From the IMG/VR virus record IMGVR_UViG_3300048576_000125, positions 3,946 through 67,945 of that record: a stretch of DNA of 64,000 nt. One strand, written 5' to 3'. Shown here one piece after another: positions 24,975 through 33,132 of this stretch (its first letter is position 1; each line of letters begins with the position of its first letter). A program made the position numbers and the translations under genes. A model generated the notes under the pieces. It saw nothing but the letters and a program-made list of their open reading frames with translations. It made no database searches and was not told where the DNA came from. The DNA comes from a virus (taxonomy: Duplodnaviria > Caudoviricetes).

Positions 24975-25021
24975 ATTGGTGGTCCCGGAGCGATTCGAAC
25001 GCCCGACCCTCAGATTCGTAG
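24975..25021 (-). repeat. att core copy 2: 3' half of tRNA-Arg(ACG)
   Basis: Identical 47 bp to 2353-2399; identity stops at the 5' edge of the anticodon loop. Confidence 0.9.
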
Positions 25022-25125
25022 TTGTGTACCTGGGGGGAAATGGGTGGAATCGGGGACTGATTGGTGCCGTAAGTCCTGATTTTACACTAGGGGGCTGAAA
25101 TGCCTACCCCAGGAATCCCGAAGCT

Positions 25126-25145
25126 GAATCGACCGGGAATCGACC
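25126..25145. repeat. GAATCGACC x2, putative arm-type sites of the prophage integrase
   Basis: Direct repeats at 25126 and 25137 (11-bp period) between att and int. Confidence 0.5.
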
Positions 25146-25174
25146 AAGGATAGACTCGTGGATCGGAGGGGACA

Positions 25175-26443
25175 ATGCCGAGAGCGAAGGCCGCCCAGCC
25201 AGTTCGCATCACCAAGAAGGTGGCCGACACCTGGTTTCCCCCCGAAGGGAAGGCGGACGGCTACCTGTGGGACACGGACCTCCGTGGGTTCGGGCTGCGG
25301 GTTCGGGACGGGGCGCGCACCTTCGTGATGCGCTGGACCCCGAAGGGCGAGAAGACCAGGCAGGATTCCGTGGGCAGGGTGGGGGAGCTGACGCCCGATG
25401 AAGCCCGGGCCAAGGCCGAAGGGCTGCGGGACGCGGTGAAGAACGGGAACGACCCGCGGAAGCCGAGCCCCGCCGGGAAGACCGTGAAGGACATGCTCGA
25501 CCGCTTCGAGGCGGAATACCTGCCCCTGAAGAAGCCCCGCACGGGAGCGAACTACAAGTACCTGGCCCTGAAGGTGAACGCCGCCATCGGTTCGCTGGAG
25601 GTTGAGCACCTGGAGGTGAAGCACATCGCCCAGGTCCACGACAGCCTGCGCGACACACCCCGGACGGCGAACCACGCCATCGCCATGTTGAGCCGGGCCC
25701 TGAACCTGTCCGAGTCCTGGGGCTGGAGGCCGCTGGGGTCCAACCCCATCTCCGCCTGGCGCAGGGTGGGGGGCATGTTCCAGGAGACGAAGCGGGAGCG
25801 CTTCCTGGATGCCGATGAGCTCCGCCGCCTGTTCGCCGCGATCCGTGAGGCGGGCCAGCCCAGGGAGAGCCGGAAGCGGAACCAGGAGAAGGACCGGGAC
25901 CACGGGCGCAACCCGGCGGCGTTGGCGGCCCTGCGCCTCCTGATCTACACCGGCATGCGGAAGGGTGAGGTGGTGGCCCTGAAGTGGGCGGACCTGCGCC
26001 TGGATGCCGCCCGCCCGCACATCCAGCTCACCGAGCACAAGACGTCCGGCACCATGGGGGTGAAGCTGATCCCCTTGAACGCCCCGGCCCTGGCGGTGCT
26101 GCGGGGCCTGGAAGCAAGCAAGCTGTCCAAGTGGGTCTTCCCGGCTACCTATGCCGAGCCGGAGAAGCGGGGCCGGAAGGTCACGGGGCACATGAGCACG
26201 GCCCTGGACCGGACCTGGCAGGCGGTGCGGAAGCTGGCCAAGCTGGAGGACGTCCGAATCCACGACCTGCGCCACACCTTCGCCAGCATCGGGATCAACG
26301 CGGGGATCGACCTGAAGCGCCTGGGCGGGGGTCTCCTGGGGCATGCGGACCAGAAGACGACCGAGCGGTACGCGCACCTCGCCCTGGCCACCAGCCTGGA
26401 GGATTCGGAGACCATCGGGGCCATCATCGCCAAGGCAGAGTGA
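25175..26443 (+). CDS. int: Prophage tyrosine integrase with N-terminal arm-binding domain, 422 aa
   Basis: YLWDTDLRGFGLRV arm-binding start; TGMRKGE, IHDLRHTFAS, LGH, TERYAH. Confidence 0.95.
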   Translation: MPRAKAAQPVRITKKVADTWFPPEGKADGYLWDTDLRGFGLRVRDGARTFVMRWTPKGEKTRQDSVGRVGELTPDEARAKAEGLRDAVKNGNDPRKPSPAGKTVKDMLDRFEAEYLPLKKPRTGANYKYLALKVNAAIGSLEVEHLEVKHIAQVHDSLRDTPRTANHAIAMLSRALNLSESWGWRPLGSNPISAWRRVGGMFQETKRERFLDADELRRLFAAIREAGQPRESRKRNQEKDRDHGRNPAALAALRLLIYTGMRKGEVVALKWADLRLDAARPHIQLTEHKTSGTMGVKLIPLNAPALAVLRGLEASKLSKWVFPATYAEPEKRGRKVTGHMSTALDRTWQAVRKLAKLEDVRIHDLRHTFASIGINAGIDLKRLGGGLLGHADQKTTERYAHLALATSLEDSETIGAIIAKAE

Positions 26444-26467
26444 AGCCCCCTTTCGGGGGCCTCTGCA

Positions 26468-26770
26468 TCATCCCGTTGGCCTGAACCGCTGGGCTTCGGT
26501 GGTGGACTTCCTGCGCCGGGTCTTCGCCCATTCGTCCAGGTCCGCGGGCCGGTAGACGATCCGGGCCCCGATCTCAACGAAGGGCGGGCCGCCGCCGGAG
26601 ACGCGCAGGTTGGCCAGGGTCTTCCCGCTGATGCCCAGGAGCTCCCCGGCGCGGGCCTCGGACACGGTGACGTCTCCGCAGCGCAGGGCTTGGACGTGGG
26701 CCTCCATGTCGCCCACGCGGGCATCCAGCATCTCGGCCACGATGGCGCGGATAGCTTCGTCCAGGGGCAT
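26468..26770 (-). CDS. Excisionase/AlpA-like HTH protein, 100 aa
   Basis: EARAGELLGISGKTLANLR..GPPFVEIG..IVYRPADLDEW; convergent on int. Confidence 0.8.
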   Translation of the reverse strand: MPLDEAIRAIVAEMLDARVGDMEAHVQALRCGDVTVSEARAGELLGISGKTLANLRVSGGGPPFVEIGARIVYRPADLDEWAKTRRRKSTTEAQRFRPTG

Positions 26771-26947
26771 GGCGTCAGCCCTCCACCTTGTCGGGGTTCT
26801 TGGGGATGCGCTTGGGGGTGGTGGTGGTCATAACGTGTCCTTTCGTCTCATTACCTTGTTTTCAGGCGTTGTGTCGGTTGATCACGTTTTACTTACATTG
26901 AGACTGACGTTTGGTTTGGCGGATTCGTTAGGTCGCCTAATTGAAAG

Positions 26948-27259
26948 TTAGGCCTGTTCAGCATTCGGAAAATTGGGGTTCGGGATGGTTTCATCTTCGA
27001 TGTTCACGGCCTGGATCATCGGTATCCCATCGTCAACCCAAGTGAAGGTATCCAGTGCATATCCCGTCTCGCGTTGCACCTTGCGGAACTCGAACAAACA
27101 GCAGACAAACTCCTGAATACAAGCGGAAAGCCGATCATCCGGCACATTGGCAAAGTCAGCGATTGAAACAATGTGATATTCGGCAGGGCCTAACCCGTCG
27201 CTCAACCTTGACGCTGCCTCTTCCGGCAACCCCCCGGAATTTCCGGATACTTCAACCAT
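26948..27259 (-). CDS. Cassette ORF A copy 1, 103 aa
   Basis: AAAGGAG RBS and ATG lie inside attC; TAA supplied by the core site. Confidence 0.7.
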   Translation of the reverse strand: MVEVSGNSGGLPEEAASRLSDGLGPAEYHIVSIADFANVPDDRLSACIQEFVCCLFEFRKVQRETGYALDTFTWVDDGIPMIQAVNIEDETIPNPNFPNAEQA

Positions 27260-27313
27260 TTCATCTCCTTTGGGCGCTACGCAGGGCAGCGCGGGTTAGC
27301 TTCGTCGTTAGGC
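27188..27313 (+). other. attC site (126 bp)
   Basis: GCCTAAC-5-GCTCAACC...GGTTAGC-6-GTTAGGC; extra C in L''. Confidence 0.85.
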
Positions 27314-27565
27314 GAATCGCGCCGTGACAGGGTGAGATTCAAGTTTCCTGGCGATGTCTTCCAGCTTCGCCAGATTTTCAGGGATGCAATGCTCACACTC
27401 AGTAATGCTGTCCCATTCCTCTTCGATCATTCTGGTAATGCCTTCCTTGAACCTCTTAACCAACTCGGTTCCACGTTGCGCCTCGTTGTATTCCAGCACC
27501 ACGGGGATGTTGCACTTTTCTCCATCGTTATTCGTTCCCCAAGCTGTCCATGTGTAAATCCTCAT
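27308..27565 (-). CDS. Cassette ORF B, 85 aa
   Basis: ATG 1 nt from the attC edge; stop in the core site. Confidence 0.7.
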   Translation of the reverse strand: MRIYTWTAWGTNNDGEKCNIPVVLEYNEAQRGTELVKRFKEGITRMIEEEWDSITECEHCIPENLAKLEDIARKLESHPVTARFA

Positions 27566-27566
27566 C

Positions 27567-27663
27567 GCCTAACCCCTGCATCAACTCGGACGCTACAGCC
27601 GCGATCCGATTGGTTTCTTCAACGTCCGGCTGGCTGTAGCGCCGGTTATGCCCATCGTTAGGC
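27567..27663 (+). other. attC site (97 bp)
   Basis: GCCTAAC-5-CATCAAC..CGGACGCTACAGCC/GGCTGTAGCGCCG..GGTTATG-6-GTTAGGC; two extrahelical bases. Confidence 0.9.
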
Positions 27664-27969
27664 CTGTTCAGCATTCGGAAAATTGGGGTTCGGGATGGTT
27701 TCATCTTCGATGTTCACGGCCTGGATCATCGGTATCCCATCGTCAACCCAAGTGAAGGTATCCAGTGCATATCCCGTCTCGCGTTGCACCTTGCGGAACT
27801 CGAACAAACAGCAGACAAACTCCTGAATACAAGCGGAAAGCCGATCATCCGGCACATTGGCAAAGTCAGCGATTGAAACAATGTGATATTCGGCAGGGCC
27901 TAACCCGTCGCTCAACCTTGACGCTGCCTCTTCCGGCAACCCCCCGGAATTTCCGGATACTTCAACCAT
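27658..27969 (-). CDS. Cassette ORF A copy 2, 103 aa
   Basis: Identical protein to 26948-27259. Confidence 0.7.
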   Translation of the reverse strand: MVEVSGNSGGLPEEAASRLSDGLGPAEYHIVSIADFANVPDDRLSACIQEFVCCLFEFRKVQRETGYALDTFTWVDDGIPMIQAVNIEDETIPNPNFPNAEQA

Positions 27970-28023
27970 TTCATCTCCTTTGGGCGCTACGCAGGGCAGC
28001 GCGGGTTAGCTTCGTCGTTAGGC
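27898..28023 (+). other. attC site (126 bp)
   Basis: Identical to 27188-27313. Confidence 0.85.
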
Positions 28024-28278
28024 CGCTCGATTTTCATACCAAGCAGCGTCAAAGGCCCGCATGGCTTTGTCGGGCGAATCCCCAAACCCGGCAACGCCGT
28101 TCTGAAGATCATCACCATAAAGGGCGCACCATTGGTCCCCGTCCATGAAGATCCTTGGCTTGAACACCACAGCAGGACGGCAGTATTCCTGCTGCATGGT
28201 TTCGGCGGTCATCCTCGCCGCGTGGCAGATCGCGTCCATCACTACGTCCTGTCGGTTGTAATCCAAAACCTGTTCCAT
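28018..28278 (-). CDS. Cassette ORF C, 86 aa
   Basis: AAGGAAAGGA RBS; DGDQWCALYGDDLQNGVAGFGDSP segment; stop in the core site. Confidence 0.75.
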   Translation of the reverse strand: MEQVLDYNRQDVVMDAICHAARMTAETMQQEYCRPAVVFKPRIFMDGDQWCALYGDDLQNGVAGFGDSPDKAMRAFDAAWYENRAA

Positions 28279-28305
28279 GGCATCATCCTTTCCTTTCGTT
28301 TCGCG

Positions 28306-28364
28306 GCCTAACCCGCCGCTTCAACCCGGACGGCATAGCCGCCGGTTAAGCGCAATCGTTAGGC
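28306..28364 (+). other. attC site (classic 59-base element)
   Basis: GCCTAAC-CCGCC-GCTTCAACC..GGTTAAGC-GCAATC-GTTAGGC. Confidence 0.92.
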
Positions 28365-28595
28365 GGCACTTTCAATTTGTTTCAGAAGAGCATGGATAGC
28401 CTTCTCCCTGTCGCGTTCCCATCGCCCTTGCCCTGAGTTCCAGCTATCGTGAGCCGGAAAATGCAACTTCAGCAGCCGTTCCAGCCCTTCAACAAGCACA
28501 CGCAGTTCTTCCGCCCGAGTGCTGCCTAACCCGTCGCTCAACCTTGACGCTGCCTCTACCGGCAACTCATCAGCTTTGCTTACAAGTTCATCCAT
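28359..28595 (-). CDS. Cassette ORF D, 78 aa
   Basis: AAAGGAG RBS and ATG inside attC; shares AASRLSDGLG with ORF A. Confidence 0.7.
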   Translation of the reverse strand: MDELVSKADELPVEAASRLSDGLGSTRAEELRVLVEGLERLLKLHFPAHDSWNSGQGRWERDREKAIHALLKQIESAA

Positions 28596-28650
28596 TTCGT
28601 CTCCTTTGGGCGCCACGCTGGGCAGCGCCGGTTAACTCCACTCGTTAGGC
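28524..28650 (+). other. attC site (127 bp)
   Basis: Same arms as the 126-bp sites, different loop. Confidence 0.8.
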
Positions 28651-28652
28651 GC

Positions 28653-28820
28653 CTACTTCCTGCCGAGCAAAACACGGGCTTTCTGGGCGTTCTCATTCAG
28701 CCAAACATTCGGCAATGTGTGCCCTTCGATGTCATCCAAGAGCTTCCCGATCAAAGCCTTGAGTTCAGAGTTTTCCTTTCTTAACTTTCCAATCACATGC
28801 AAATCCATTTCGCTCTGCAT
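28653..28820 (-). CDS. Cassette ORF E, 55 aa (not in ORF track)
   Basis: MQSEMDLHVIGKLRKENSELK..; ATG placed exactly as in ORF B relative to the 97-bp attC. Confidence 0.55.
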   Translation of the reverse strand: MQSEMDLHVIGKLRKENSELKALIGKLLDDIEGHTLPNVWLNENAQKARVLLGRK

Positions 28821-28821
28821 C

Positions 28822-28918
28822 GCCTAACCCCTGCATCAACTCGGACGCTACAGCCATCGTCCGATTGGTTTCTTAAACGTCCGGCTGGCTGTAGCGCCGG
28901 TTATGCACAACGTTAGGC
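28822..28918 (+). other. attC site (97 bp)
   Basis: Near-identical to 27567-27663. Confidence 0.9.
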
Positions 28919-29122
28919 GCCCTCTTCTTCCCACCCGCAGTCCCAGGAGAAGCGGTCATGGGTTCCGTCCTGGTAGGGGTTTGTGTTCTTCGGGTGGCCA
29001 TATTCCCTCGCCCTCGCCCCAGCTAGCGCCGGCGGAAGGAGCACGAGTTCCTTCCCACAGGAGGTGCACCTGAAGTCGGGGCTCATCTCGTCGTGGTGGC
29101 AGCGTCGTGCGTCAGCAGGCAT
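28913..29122 (-). CDS. Hypothetical protein, about 69 aa
   Basis: Overlaps the MTase stop; ends in TAA of the attC core; start uncertain. Confidence 0.5.
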   Translation of the reverse strand: MPADARRCHHDEMSPDFRCTSCGKELVLLPPALAGARAREYGHPKNTNPYQDGTHDRFSWDCGWEEEGA

Positions 29123-30065
29123 GGGGGACCTCAGCCAGCCCGGCAACGCGGTGCAGCAGGGCGGTGGCGACGGGCGGGCACACGGCGTTGCCCAGGAGGT
29201 ACTTGTCCGTCCGGCTCTTGCCGGTGAGGCGGTAGTCCTCCGGGAATCCCATGGCGCGCCTGCACTCGTCCACCGTAAGGAAGCGGAAGCGGTCCCCGTG
29301 GACCAGGGCGTAGCGGTCCCGGGTGGTGATCGTCCAGATGGGCACGTCCAGTCCCCATCCCCGGCGGTTGGAGCCGAAGTAGGGGATCCAGAAGGGCCGG
29401 TCCCCGAAGGCCTCACGTCCTGCGGCAATGCGGGCCTTCGTGGCGGGGACCAGAGGGCGGAGTCCCTGGCGCACCCGGAGCACATCAGCCACGGGGTGCC
29501 AGTCCCCGGAATCGAGGTCCACGGCCTCGCGGATCGGGCGCACCCGCTGCCCGCCCAGGCCAGCGAAGTCGAAGGCCGGCCCGGTGGTGGCCACGAGGAA
29601 GAGGCGCTTGCGGAGCTGCGGCACGCCGAACTGGCAGGCGTCCAGCACCTCCGCCCGGAGGGCGTAGCCCAGGGCCTCCAGCGCGGAACACCACGCCGGG
29701 AACAGGGCCCACAGCGCGAACTCCGGGACGTTCTCCACCACCACGAAGGGCGGGCGGTGGCACTCCGCGGCGGAGACGACAGCCCAGGCGGTGGCGCGGG
29801 CGGCGTCGTGGTGCGGGCGGTCCTTCCCGCGGGCCCGGCTGTGCCCCTGGCAGCATGGGGAGGCCAGGAGAACGTCATGGGCCGGGACCTTGGTCCAGTC
29901 GGCCTGGTGGAGGTCCTGGCACAGGTGAGCCGTACCCGGGTGGTTCCGCTCGTGGACGGCCACGGCCTCGGGCCAGTGGTTCGCCGCCCAGACGACGGTG
30001 AGCCCTGCGGCCCTGGCGCCTTCGCTGAATCCGCCGGCTCCGGCGAAGAGGTCGATGCACCTCAT
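29112..30065 (-). CDS. DNA cytosine-5 methyltransferase, 317 aa
   Basis: DLFAGAGG (I), SPCCQGHS (IV), VENV (VI), GFP (IX), LGNAV (X). Confidence 0.92.
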   Translation of the reverse strand: MRCIDLFAGAGGFSEGARAAGLTVVWAANHWPEAVAVHERNHPGTAHLCQDLHQADWTKVPAHDVLLASPCCQGHSRARGKDRPHHDAARATAWAVVSAAECHRPPFVVVENVPEFALWALFPAWCSALEALGYALRAEVLDACQFGVPQLRKRLFLVATTGPAFDFAGLGGQRVRPIREAVDLDSGDWHPVADVLRVRQGLRPLVPATKARIAAGREAFGDRPFWIPYFGSNRRGWGLDVPIWTITTRDRYALVHGDRFRFLTVDECRRAMGFPEDYRLTGKSRTDKYLLGNAVCPPVATALLHRVAGLAEVPHAC

Positions 30066-30117
30066 CTCCGTCCCTCCCTGACCGCCGCTCTGAGGTCCTG
30101 GGGGTGCATTCGGTCGT

Positions 30118-30609
30118 TCATGCGGCTGCCTCCTTCGGCATGTCGGGGATGGGCTGGCCAAGCTGCCTGGCGCGTTGCTCCGCCTTCCAGCGGTAGGTGG
30201 AGGCCTGGTAGCGGTAGCGCTGGGCCAGTCTTGGGTCTTTGGTGGCTTCGGCCTTGCGCAGCAGGGCGCGCATGCGGTCGGCAAGCTGTTCTGCTGTGAG
30301 GCCCCGGTACTTGCGGACGCGGGCGTTGAGGGGCGTGGTGCGGGGCAGGGCGTCGACAGGGCGCCACTTCGCCCCCACGCCCAGGCGCTTGACCAGTTCC
30401 AGCTCATCCCGGAGGGCGCAGAGTTCCCGGGCGATGCCGCGGTAGAGCCGTTCCTGGTCCTTGGGGGCTCCGGGGGCAAGGGCGATCAGGGGGTCAGGGC
30501 GGAGCTTCTGGAGCTCCGCGATGCGGGCCTGGATCCACTCCGCCGTGTGAAGGCGGGAGTAGTCCACGGGGCTGTCCACCACGGGAAGCTGGTAGTTGGG
30601 GAGGCTCAT
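30118..30609 (-). CDS. Hypothetical phage protein, 163 aa
   Basis: ATGA coupling in the early-left operon. Confidence 0.6.
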   Translation of the reverse strand: MSLPNYQLPVVDSPVDYSRLHTAEWIQARIAELQKLRPDPLIALAPGAPKDQERLYRGIARELCALRDELELVKRLGVGAKWRPVDALPRTTPLNARVRKYRGLTAEQLADRMRALLRKAEATKDPRLAQRYRYQASTYRWKAEQRARQLGQPIPDMPKEAAA

Positions 30610-30887
30610 GCGATCTTCTCCGCCTGGATGGGGACGGCGTAGCGCTCCCGGGCCCAAGCCGGGACGATGGCGCCCGTGGTGGTGCAGTAGCGGCGCGTGG
30701 TCTCACGGATGCGCCGAGCGTTCCTGGGGTTGTCCGCGATGCAGCGGGAGTAGCGGACGGCGTAGCGGGCGATGCGAGCAACCATGGGGCTGCGCGCCTG
30801 GGTGGCCTCTTCGTAGACCTCCAGGCACGGGTCGCAGAAGGCGGCGTCCTGGATGGCCTCGCGCTCCCCGCAGAGCTGGCACTTCAC
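30606..30887 (-). CDS. Hypothetical Cys-motif protein, 93 aa
   Basis: CQLC..CDPC; coupled to neighbours. Confidence 0.6.
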   Translation of the reverse strand: MKCQLCGEREAIQDAAFCDPCLEVYEEATQARSPMVARIARYAVRYSRCIADNPRNARRIRETTRRYCTTTGAIVPAWARERYAVPIQAEKIA

Positions 30888-31020
30888 TTCGCACCCCCGT
30901 TCTCCGGCCCGTGCGGGTTCTGGGAGACGCGGGGCTCGTCCTTCCCCTCCGGCGCGGAGGCGACAAGGGCCATCAGGGCGAGGATGAAAAGGGCGATGAT
31001 GAGCTTCCAGAGGTCATCCA

Positions 31021-31248
31021 TCACAGCCCCGCGACACGCCCGAGGGCGGCGTCAATCTCTCCAGCAGGCACCAGGCCAGGGAGAGGGGTGGAGGTGGTGG
31101 CAGGGACGGGGATGAAGTAGCGCTTGGCGTGTTCCAGGGCCTCTTCAGGCGTGTCGCGGAACTCGCCCCGGTAGACCTCCCGCCCCTCTTCGGTGACGGA
31201 CGGGAGGTAGCCGTAGTCGGTGACGTGGTCGATGCGGAGGGTGCGCAT
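31021..31248 (-). CDS. Hypothetical phage protein, 75 aa
   Basis: In operon, protein-like. Confidence 0.55.
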   Translation of the reverse strand: MRTLRIDHVTDYGYLPSVTEEGREVYRGEFRDTPEEALEHAKRYFIPVPATTSTPLPGLVPAGEIDAALGRVAGL

Positions 31249-31250
31249 GG

Positions 31251-32102
31251 TTAGGCCTCAGTAGTTGCCGGCGTGAGCTTCAGCACTTCCTCTTCCAGGT
31301 CGCGGATGGTGCCCTTGTCGTCGCCCACGTTCCGCTTGGGGTTCCACTTGTCCTGGAACGTGCTCCAGTGCTCACCCAGCCCGTCCCGCTGGAAGGCGGA
31401 GAAGGCCTGGTCCACCAGCTCATCGAAGCGCTCCAGGGACGCGATAGGCCAGGAAGCGGGCGGGGCCTGGGGCTCCAGGGTGTGGGTGATGACGGGCTTC
31501 CCGGCGGGCACCACCTCGGCTTCGGTGAAGTCCTGCACCTCATCGGAGGTCGGCAGGCCCATGCTCAGTTCGGGGGCGATGGTGTTGATGAACCACGCCG
31601 CGGAGCGGTAGCGGAGCATCTGGTCCGGCATGGACTGCCACTTCGAGCCGTTCTTCCCGAACCAGCCTTCCTTCTTGGCGATGGCGATGGTCACGAGGGG
31701 GCCTACCAGCTTCTCCCCCGTGGCCTTCTCGGTCGCCCAGGCCCGGCACCCGTAGCTGTCCGTCCCGGGCTCCCCCTCCATCTGGTAGCGGATCGCGGTG
31801 AAGCGCCCGCACTGATTGAAGGTGGCAATCAGGAACTTGGAAGACCAGCTCGGGCGGCCCTGCACCACGTAGAGGTTCTGCATGACCATCAGCGGGTCCG
31901 CCTGGAGGCGGGACGCGAGGTTCAGGGCGATCACGCAGGAGGGCAGGCCCTTGTCACCCTGGAAGGTGGTGGGGACCAGCGGGGAGCACGACAGGAGCTT
32001 GGCGCAGCGCTGGATGGCGGCGAAGCCCTGCACGGTGTTCATGTCCATGCGGATGACTTCGTTGGGCTGCTCGATGGTGGCGGGGGTCATGGGTTCGCTC
32101 AT
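31251..32102 (-). CDS. RecT-like single-strand annealing protein, 283 aa
   Basis: MVMQNLYVVQGRPSWSSKFL..WQSMPDQMLRYRS motifs of phage recombinases. Confidence 0.75.
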   Translation of the reverse strand: MSEPMTPATIEQPNEVIRMDMNTVQGFAAIQRCAKLLSCSPLVPTTFQGDKGLPSCVIALNLASRLQADPLMVMQNLYVVQGRPSWSSKFLIATFNQCGRFTAIRYQMEGEPGTDSYGCRAWATEKATGEKLVGPLVTIAIAKKEGWFGKNGSKWQSMPDQMLRYRSAAWFINTIAPELSMGLPTSDEVQDFTEAEVVPAGKPVITHTLEPQAPPASWPIASLERFDELVDQAFSAFQRDGLGEHWSTFQDKWNPKRNVGDDKGTIRDLEEEVLKLTPATTEA

Positions 32103-32917
32103 TAGCGGCCTCCAATGGAATCGACGGTGTAGAACTCAACGCCGGGCACCTTGGCGTTCTCCTTCTGGTCCCGGGCGATCTGGCCAAGAAGCTGCTCGTT
32201 GGGGACCATGAACTCGCGGGGGATGGCGTTCACGTCCACCACCCGGGCCTTCCAGGTGCGGCGCAGGCTGGTCCCGGCGGCTGTGACCTTGGGGGGCAGC
32301 GCGGCGGCAACGCTCTGGCCCGCCATGGCAGCCAGCCGCAGGTTGTCCTCGGCGGCCTTCAGGGCAGCCTGGGCCCCAGCCTCGGCGCGGGCGGCCTCTT
32401 CCTGGGCCAGGAACGCAGCCACGGGGCTCTGCGCCGTCTCCGCCTTCTGGTGGGCCTCTTCGGCAGCCTTGCGCTCGGCTTCCTGGCGGCGCAGCTCTTC
32501 TTCCGCCCTGGCGCGGGCCTCGGCAGCGCGGGCCTCAGCTTCCTTCCGGGCGGCCTCTTCCGCTTCCTTCCGCTTCCGCTCTTCCTCGCGCTGGAAGGCC
32601 AGCATGGGGGCTTCGATCACCTTGAGCACGGCTTCGAGCTGCGCGGTGAGGGCCTTGTAGTCCTCGTTGATGAGTTTCACCGTGTCGTTCAGCGGCTTCA
32701 CGCGCTTCACGCGGGCGGCCTCGACCTCCTTGATCTTGGCCTTGATGTCGGCGAAGAAGTGGCCGGCGACGCGGTAGCTGTCGGCGTCGATGACGCGGAG
32801 GCCCTTGGCGTATTCGAGCAGGCCATTGGCCTCGGTTCGGAGGGCCTGGGTTTCGTCGTCGGGCTGCGCCGCAAGGGCGGACGTGCCGGAGACGCGGAGG
32901 GGGGTGACTTCGCTCAT
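32102..32917 (-). CDS. Coiled-coil phage protein (Gam/Gp157-like neighbourhood), 271 aa
   Basis: Long heptad region; C-terminal WKARVVDVNAIPREF..VPGVEFY; next to the recombinase. Confidence 0.6.
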   Translation of the reverse strand: MSEVTPLRVSGTSALAAQPDDETQALRTEANGLLEYAKGLRVIDADSYRVAGHFFADIKAKIKEVEAARVKRVKPLNDTVKLINEDYKALTAQLEAVLKVIEAPMLAFQREEERKRKEAEEAARKEAEARAAEARARAEEELRRQEAERKAAEEAHQKAETAQSPVAAFLAQEEAARAEAGAQAALKAAEDNLRLAAMAGQSVAAALPPKVTAAGTSLRRTWKARVVDVNAIPREFMVPNEQLLGQIARDQKENAKVPGVEFYTVDSIGGR

Positions 32918-33132
32918 GCTGTTGGCTCCAGAGGGAAGAGGGGCCGGGCCCCGTTGATCTCGTTGATGGCGGCCTCGTATGCGTCCAGGGCGGCTTGGTC
33001 GGACGGCTCCCAGAGCTCTTGGGGGGCGAGGTCGATTCGGGCGTCTGCCTCTTGGGCCTGCTGCGCGGTGCGCTGGAACAGGCGGAGGCGGGAGGCCATG
33101 AGGGCGGCTGCGTTGCGGAGGGCGGCGCTCAT
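32914..33132 (-). CDS. Hypothetical protein, 72 aa
   Basis: ATGA couplings on both sides. Confidence 0.55.
   Translation of the reverse strand: MSAALRNAAALMASRLRLFQRTAQQAQEADARIDLAPQELWEPSDQAALDAYEAAINEINGARPLFPLEPTA

Larger units (their letters stand above)
2353..25021. mobile_element. 22.6-kb integrated element, probable provirus of a tailless rolling-circle virus
   Basis: 47-bp direct repeats at both ends, own integrase, RCR Rep, structural-type operon and lysis genes; no Caudoviricetes hallmark genes. Boundaries firm, viral interpretation inferred. Confidence 0.8.
26947..27313 (+). repeat. 367-bp cassette, copy 1
   Basis: Identical by inspection to 27657-28023; both ends at GTTAGGC. 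Confidence 0.9.
27657..28023 (+). repeat. 367-bp cassette, copy 2
   Basis: Identical by inspection to 26947-27313 (offset 710). Confidence 0.9.

Noticed and set aside
2353-25021. Two tRNA-Arg genes
   Set aside because: Both copies lack the 5' acceptor strand and D-arm; they are att fragments
25175-26443. Prophage integrase as the IntI driving the attC array
   Set aside because: Has an arm-binding N-terminus and lacks the IntI-specific insertion before the WVF patch
26947-28023. DGR template/variable repeat pair (BPP-1-like phages can carry DGRs)
   Set aside because: Copies look identical with no adenine-specific mismatches; no reverse transcriptase in the window
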